DNA from: a virus
Lineage: Duplodnaviria > Caudoviricetes
Direction: 5' to 3' (one strand)
DNA length: 48,803 bases
Virus record (IMG/VR): IMGVR_UViG_3300035014_000025
Span: 1-48,803 of that record
The translations under genes and the position numbers were made by a program. The notes under the pieces were generated by a model. It worked only from the letters and a program-made list of their open reading frames with translations, was not told the DNA's origin and searched no databases. Below, piece after piece: positions 44,073 to 48,803 of this stretch (positions are counted from its first letter, which is position 1; every line of letters starts with the position of its first letter).

Positions 44073-45385
44073 GTCGATAAAACCTCGCGTATACTTGCCC
44101 ACAATCTGAGCAAGATTTCCTGAAGCGCTTCGTCAATACTGCCTTCCAACACGCAAACCCGGACGAGCGCTTGGCGGGTCTGACTGTGGTTCGTAATTCG
44201 GAGGGACATTTGTTGCATCGACTTCGGCGAGAACACTGTCTCCACGAAATACAACACTGCTGATGCACTTAGATCGATTGCCTCGCCGGCCGCCTCGATT
44301 TGCGCGAGGAACACGCGCGGGCCATCCGGTTCCAGGAAGGACTGCTCGGCCTGCTCGCGCTTGTCGGCTGACGTAGAGCCGTCAATCCCGACAACGCCAT
44401 ACGTCGAAAGGCCTTCCTTGAGGATCGCCCCGACATCCTTGTGCCAGTAGGCCAGCACGATCTTGTCGAGGCCGCCGTCGAACTCTTCCTTCACGGCGTC
44501 GACCACGGCTCGGGCCTTGACCTCGCCGGTGATGCGGCGGATCGGCCCCAGGTGCATATCCAGCGAGCGCGTGTCGCCGGCTTTCGCCGCGGCGAGGATT
44601 TCCGAAGCGACCAGGTCGCCCTCCACGTCGCGCAGCATCTTCGGCGACACGGCCAGCGGCATCGTCTCGTAGATCGGCGCGCGGATGCCCACGTCCTGCT
44701 GAGTGCGGCGGAGGAAGAAGCCGTCGAGCCGTTCGGCCAGCTCGGCCTCGTTCTTGCCGCCCATGATGACGATGATCGTCCGCCAGTTCGACAGCTTCTT
44801 CGGCCGCCACTTGCAGTAGCGGTCGCGGAAGTCCTCGAACTTCGTCACGTCCGGCCAGCCTTTGGTCTCGTCGGCGCGCAGCCGTTCCGGGCAGAGCGCT
44901 CGCATCATCGGGTAGATGTCCGACGGGTCGTGCGGGAGCGGGGTGCCGGTGAGGCACCAGACGCCCTTGGCCTTGGAGATGAGCGCCGTCGAGGTCAGCA
45001 GCCGTGCGCCGCCCTCGTCGAGCTGGCCGAAAGCCGCCTGCGTGCGCTTGGTAGCGAAGTTCTTGGCCGCGTGGGCCTCGTCGAGGATGAGCCGGTCCCA
45101 CTTGTGGCGCAGCAGCTCGGCGCGCGTGCCGGCGTTCGCCAGTTCGCCCCAGCCGACGATGCGCAGCCGCTCGCGCTTGAAGGGGCTCCAGCTGGCGAAG
45201 GCGCGCTTCCACACTGGTCTGCCTGAGGCCGTCGTCACGACCAGAATGCTGTCGTCGAGGTTGTAGTCCGCCGCGAGGATCGCCGTGCCGGTTTTTCCAA
45301 CACGCGGAGCGTCGGCGAGCAGGGCGTGCTGGCGCTGCGAGAGGAACTGAGCGCCGGAAATCTGGGTTGGGAATGGGGTCAGCAC
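44069..45385 (-). CDS. SF2 (SNF2-like) helicase
   Basis: LLADAPRVGKT, LILDEAH, LTGTP, GEAIDL; motif VI degenerate (QMSLRI). Confidence 0.85.
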   Translation of the reverse strand: MLTPFPTQISGAQFLSQRQHALLADAPRVGKTGTAILAADYNLDDSILVVTTASGRPVWKRAFASWSPFKRERLRIVGWGELANAGTRAELLRHKWDRLILDEAHAAKNFATKRTQAAFGQLDEGGARLLTSTALISKAKGVWCLTGTPLPHDPSDIYPMMRALCPERLRADETKGWPDVTKFEDFRDRYCKWRPKKLSNWRTIIVIMGGKNEAELAERLDGFFLRRTQQDVGIRAPIYETMPLAVSPKMLRDVEGDLVASEILAAAKAGDTRSLDMHLGPIRRITGEVKARAVVDAVKEEFDGGLDKIVLAYWHKDVGAILKEGLSTYGVVGIDGSTSADKREQAEQSFLEPDGPRVFLAQIEAAGEAIDLSASAVLYFVETVFSPKSMQQMSLRITNHSQTRQALVRVCVLEGSIDEALQEILLRLWASIREVLST

Positions 45386-45470
45386 AGCCAGGCTCGCAGG
45401 AAAGCAGGATCGTCAGGAAAGGGGACGCCGGGCTAGGTTTGTCCGGCGTTGTCGGTCGGTAAATCAGACA

Positions 45471-46085
45471 CTAGGCCTGCGACTTGGCGAGCGTCAAGGG
45501 CTGCACGCCGTTGACCTCGGCGCCGGTGAGCGCGTAGCCGACCAGGTCGACATAGCTGTCGCGGTGATCGGGCGTTTCGGCCAGCCGGGCGACCTTCATC
45601 AGGGCCATCATCAGCGAAACGTCGCCCGGCGTGATGCCGCCTTTGGCTTCGGGGTCGCCCAGCACGTCAGCGTCGAGAATGCCGACATTGACGAGATGGC
45701 TGTTCCACAGCCGGGCGATACGGCCGAAATTGTTCTCGGGCGTGCCGTAGGCGCTGCGGCGAGCGCCGGTGACGATGCGCTTGGCCTCGTCAGCGATCTC
45801 GGCCTTCACATCGACCTTCTCGGTGGCGGCCAGGTCTTGCATCATCTCGGGGATCGAGGCCGGGGCGGGCTCGTCGGTCCATTCGGCGACGAGGTCGTTA
45901 GCGTGGTTCGGCTGGTTCTGCGGCCACCACTGGCCGTCGCCGTGGTAGTGGCGAACGAAGCCCTCGGCGTCCTCTGCGCCGTAGTCCTCGCCGAACGCGC
46001 CGGGCGACCCCAACGCTGTCACGGGACCGGCTTTTCGGCCGTCTCTCGTCCGGTAGAACTTGCCTTCTTCGAGTTGGATGGTCAT
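45471..46085 (-). CDS. DUF6378-like domain protein
   Basis: GARRSAYGTPENNFGRIARLW...DVSLMMALMKVAR...HRDSYVDLVGYA; N-terminal GKFYRTRDGRK module. Confidence 0.75.
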   Translation of the reverse strand: MTIQLEEGKFYRTRDGRKAGPVTALGSPGAFGEDYGAEDAEGFVRHYHGDGQWWPQNQPNHANDLVAEWTDEPAPASIPEMMQDLAATEKVDVKAEIADEAKRIVTGARRSAYGTPENNFGRIARLWNSHLVNVGILDADVLGDPEAKGGITPGDVSLMMALMKVARLAETPDHRDSYVDLVGYALTGAEVNGVQPLTLAKSQA

Positions 46086-46525
46086 CCAAAAACTCCGCTT
46101 GTCGGTTGAGGTTGGAGAGGCCGAACACGGATCTCCATGCGCGGCTGATCGCTGTAGAACTTCTGCACCCGGCCCTCGACGATCTGGCTGTCATCGACCC
46201 AGACCACGAGGTTGAGGGCGTCCAAAATCTTGCCGAAATTGTCCCAATCGGGCTTCTTCGTCGGTCGGATGTCGCCCGCCAGGGCGGCGGCCTTCCACTT
46301 CTTCGGCTTGCTCTCGGCGACGGGCATGTGCGCCTCGACGAAGACCTCGAGCGGGCCGTCGAGCAGCGCCCGGCCGGCCATCGCCTGCTGGGCGGCCAGC
46401 GCCAGCCGGCTCTCGTAGTTCACCGTCCGCTCCGGCGTGTAGGCGTGGCCCTGACGGGTCATCCGGACACGCTCCTTGCCCATCGGGGCGCCGGCGAGGA
46501 CAATGGTGATTATGTCGGTCGTCAT
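46082..46525 (-). CDS. rusA: RusA-family Holliday junction resolvase
   Basis: PTKKPDWDNFGKILDALN-VVWVDDSQIV. Confidence 0.9.
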   Translation of the reverse strand: MTTDIITIVLAGAPMGKERVRMTRQGHAYTPERTVNYESRLALAAQQAMAGRALLDGPLEVFVEAHMPVAESKPKKWKAAALAGDIRPTKKPDWDNFGKILDALNLVVWVDDSQIVEGRVQKFYSDQPRMEIRVRPLQPQPTSGVFG

Positions 46526-46550
46526 TTCCTACACTCGCAAGCTGGTCAGG

Positions 46551-46766
46551 CTAGGCGATGTTCGCGGCAACGGGTCGCCCATACTGAAGGCGCGCTTCGA
46601 TGCATCTCTGCCGAAGCAATTCGTTTTTCGTGTGGAGCTCCGTGCCGAGCAACTCGTCGAGATGGTAGTCGATCAGGTCTTGCGGCGCGCCGTCGGTAAC
46701 AGCCTGGCGCAACTCGCCCATGGCGCACCAGAAATTCCGCAGTTCAGTTGCTTCGGCGATGGTCAC
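46551..46766 (-). CDS. Hypothetical protein
   Basis: GGAGGAG RBS, GTG 46766. Confidence 0.5.
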   Translation of the reverse strand: MTIAEATELRNFWCAMGELRQAVTDGAPQDLIDYHLDELLGTELHTKNELLRQRCIEARLQYGRPVAANIA

Positions 46767-46995
46767 GTCTCTCCTCCGTGAACAACATATGTGATAATAC
46801 TGACACCGGCGCCCCACGATCAACTTCGAGCATCAAGAGGATTAAAGCCAATTTGTCCCCTGATATGCTGTCCCGCTCAAACCACTTACGCACCGTGTCG
46901 ATGCCCACGTCGAAACCGTGAGATGAGAACAGAGCGTGAACATTTTGCGCAGGACCGATCTCCGCCGTCAAGAAGTCTCTAACCGGAAATCGCAT
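46744..46995 (-). CDS. Cro-like protein
   Basis: ATG 46995; DTVRKWFERDSI helix; first gene divergent from the repressor. Confidence 0.6.
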   Translation of the reverse strand: MRFPVRDFLTAEIGPAQNVHALFSSHGFDVGIDTVRKWFERDSISGDKLALILLMLEVDRGAPVSVLSHMLFTEERRDHRRSN

Positions 46996-47150
46996 TGGTC
47001 GTGTCCGTCGTTTGTCGTCTATCCGACATACATGCCGGACAATACGTCTGCGGTCAAGCTTTAATGTTGGACATTTTGTCCTTGACAGCCAACACACGAC
47101 ATACGTAAGACATACATCAGCGACATAACCCTCCACAGGACGCAACTAAA
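46996..47150. promoter_or_regulatory. Divergent lysis/lysogeny switch region
   Basis: AT-richer intergenic; TTGACC on minus (47057-47052) and TTGACA on plus (47082-47087); GACATAC at 47025, 47098 and 47109 plus variants at 47038 and 47122. Confidence 0.7.
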
Positions 47151-47591
47151 ATGGCTCGATCGACCCGGACGCACGTCGGCCCTGACAGCATCCCCTCCGT
47201 AGGATCGGCGTTCACGCCGAAGCACCTTACGAAGCAGGAATTCGGCCGGCGCATCTACGAACTCATCAACGAGCGAGGCTGGAGCCAGAGCGATCTTGCC
47301 AGGGCTGCGGACCTGCCACGCGATAGCATCTCGACATACGTCAACGGCAAGTCGCTCCCGCAGGGAAAGAGCCTCAAGAAGCTGGCCGAGGCGTTCGGTC
47401 TCCGTCCCCTCGACTTGCTGCCCAACGAGACCGAGGCGGCGATCGACGCGGATTTCCCGGCCTTCGAGATGAAGATCAGTCCGAGCGCGCCGCAGATGGC
47501 GTGGGTGCGGATCAACCGCGCCATGCCGACGCCGATTGCGCTGAAGATCGCCGGGTTGATCGGCGAGGCCGACAATGACGTTGCTGACTGA
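47151..47591 (+). CDS. CI-like XRE repressor
   Basis: RGWSQSDLARAADLPRDSISTYVNGKSLP...LKKLAEAFG; no S24 peptidase domain. Confidence 0.85.
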   Translation: MARSTRTHVGPDSIPSVGSAFTPKHLTKQEFGRRIYELINERGWSQSDLARAADLPRDSISTYVNGKSLPQGKSLKKLAEAFGLRPLDLLPNETEAAIDADFPAFEMKISPSAPQMAWVRINRAMPTPIALKIAGLIGEADNDVAD

Positions 47592-47868
47592 ACCCGAGGT
47601 CGCCATACGGCTGCGGTGCTCCACATCCAAGGTGAAGCGGCTGCGCCTCGGCGGCAAACTGCGGTACGTGGCCGGGCGGCCCGTGCTGATCGATGAAAGC
47701 GACCTCAACGAGTATCTGGAGCGTATGAAATGGCGATCCCCGTCCTCCGACAAGCCGACAACGGGTTCTATTACGCCCACTGGTCCGACGGCCGGCGCAG
47801 CAAGCGCTCGAGCATGGGCACTAAGCAAGAAGCTGAGGCGAAGGAGCGGTTCGCGCAGTGGCTCCTGA
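47575..47868 (+). CDS. Excisionase-like HTH protein
   Basis: LLTEPEVAIRLRCSTSKVKRLRLGGKL...VLIDESDLNEYL; overlaps the integrase. Confidence 0.75.
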   Translation: MTLLTEPEVAIRLRCSTSKVKRLRLGGKLRYVAGRPVLIDESDLNEYLERMKWRSPSSDKPTTGSITPTGPTAGAASARAWALSKKLRRRSGSRSGS

Positions 47869-48803
47869 TCGGCGGCCAGACCGAAGCGCTGGGCGTGTTG
47901 ACAGTGGCCGAGCTGTGGAAGGTCTACCGGCAGCGCCACAAGGTCGCCTCGCCCGAAACGCTTGACCGCTCGTGGAAGAACCTGGAGCCGCACTTCGGCG
48001 CCATGACGCCGGCGGAGATCGACGACGAGGCCGCCCAGGCCTACCTGGCGAAGCGCGCGGCCGGCAAGATCGGTCGGCCGTCCAAGGCGCCGACGGTGCG
48101 CCGCGAGCTCGTGGCGATGCGCGGGGCGCTGAACTGGTGCGCAGATCCGAAGCGCAAGCTGCTCGACCCCGCCGCCCTGCCCCACTTCGATCTGCCCGAG
48201 GCCGGTGAGCCGCGCGACCGCTGGCTGAAGGCCGACGAGATCAAGCGGTTGCTCGCCGGCGCCGAGACGTTGCGCCGCGGCCCGAAGCTGGCGCGCGTCG
48301 AGATATTCCTGTGGCTGGCGTTGGAGACGGCCGCTCGCAAGCGGGCTATCCTCGAGCTGACGTGGGATCGCGTCGACTTCGAGACGAAGGTCATCCACTA
48401 CAACGTGCCAGGCCGAACGCAGACGAAGAAGCGGCGGACCGACGTGCCGATCTCGAAGGCGTTGCTGCCGGTGCTGGAGCGAGCCTACAAGGAACGCGAG
48501 AACGACCTGGTGATGATGAACGGGGCGGACGTGTGGGCGTCGGTCCAGTGGGCGGCGATCCGCGGCGGCTTCTCGAAGCAGGTCACGAAGCACTCCGAGC
48601 GGCCCAAGGCGACTGGTATCAGCCCGCACGTCCTGCGCCACACGGCGGCCACCCACATGGCGCGGCGCGGCGTCGCGCTGTGGATCATCGCCAAGGTGCT
48701 GGGCAACACGCTGGCGATGGTCGAGAAAGTCTACGCGAAGCACTCGCCGGACGACCTGCGGGCGGCCGTCGACACGATTACTGGCGATCTGGAGGATGCG
48801 TGA
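47730..48803 (+). CDS. int: Tyrosine integrase
   Basis: TAARKRAILELTWDRVD, KKRR, HVLRHTAAT, LGNT, VYAK. Confidence 0.92.
   Translation: MAIPVLRQADNGFYYAHWSDGRRSKRSSMGTKQEAEAKERFAQWLLIGGQTEALGVLTVAELWKVYRQRHKVASPETLDRSWKNLEPHFGAMTPAEIDDEAAQAYLAKRAAGKIGRPSKAPTVRRELVAMRGALNWCADPKRKLLDPAALPHFDLPEAGEPRDRWLKADEIKRLLAGAETLRRGPKLARVEIFLWLALETAARKRAILELTWDRVDFETKVIHYNVPGRTQTKKRRTDVPISKALLPVLERAYKERENDLVMMNGADVWASVQWAAIRGGFSKQVTKHSERPKATGISPHVLRHTAATHMARRGVALWIIAKVLGNTLAMVEKVYAKHSPDDLRAAVDTITGDLEDA

Larger units (their letters stand above)
1..48803. mobile_element. Temperate podovirus-like prophage (ends and att sites not visible)
   Basis: TerS/TerL, portal, capsid, tail tube and ejection genes with no tape measure or sheath; lysis, replication, CI/Cro, xis and integrase modules; no host housekeeping genes in the window. 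Confidence 0.95.

Noticed and set aside
1-48803. att sites, tRNA genes, reverse transcriptase/diversity-generating retroelement
   Set aside because: None recognised; the window ends at gene boundaries so att sites would lie outside

Overview
The whole window (cut at gene boundaries, so no att sites are visible) is a nearly complete temperate podovirus-type prophage of about 68 genes. Its host is probably a high-GC alphaproteobacterium, judged from GapR-, GcrA- and CtrA-like genes. Left arm (1-24919, minus strand, read right to left): TerS, a Gp49-family protein, a ParB-like/CtrA-like pair, tail fibre, lysis cassette, TerL, portal, scaffold, capsid, tail tube proteins, GNAT-fold proteins and DNA-ejection proteins. 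Right arm: primase-helicase followed by an iteron-like array, DNA methyltransferase, family A DNA polymerase, SSB, Cas4-like nuclease, helicase, RusA, a Cro/CI switch, xis and tyrosine integrase, plus a displaced tail-spike module and a secreted SGNH esterase. Three patterns are not explained by standard annotation. (1) Three late genes (endolysin, tail tube B, an internal virion protein) appear to start at AUU/AUA codons behind strong, near-identical RBSs. (2) Twelve of about 68 unrelated proteins end in the same tetrapeptide pattern [G/D/S]-[V/I/L/M]-F-x (four are GVFG). (3) The phage carries stand-alone domains resembling the alphaproteobacterial cell-cycle regulators CtrA, GcrA and DnaA, plus GapR. 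All family assignments come from motif recognition by eye; no database search was run.
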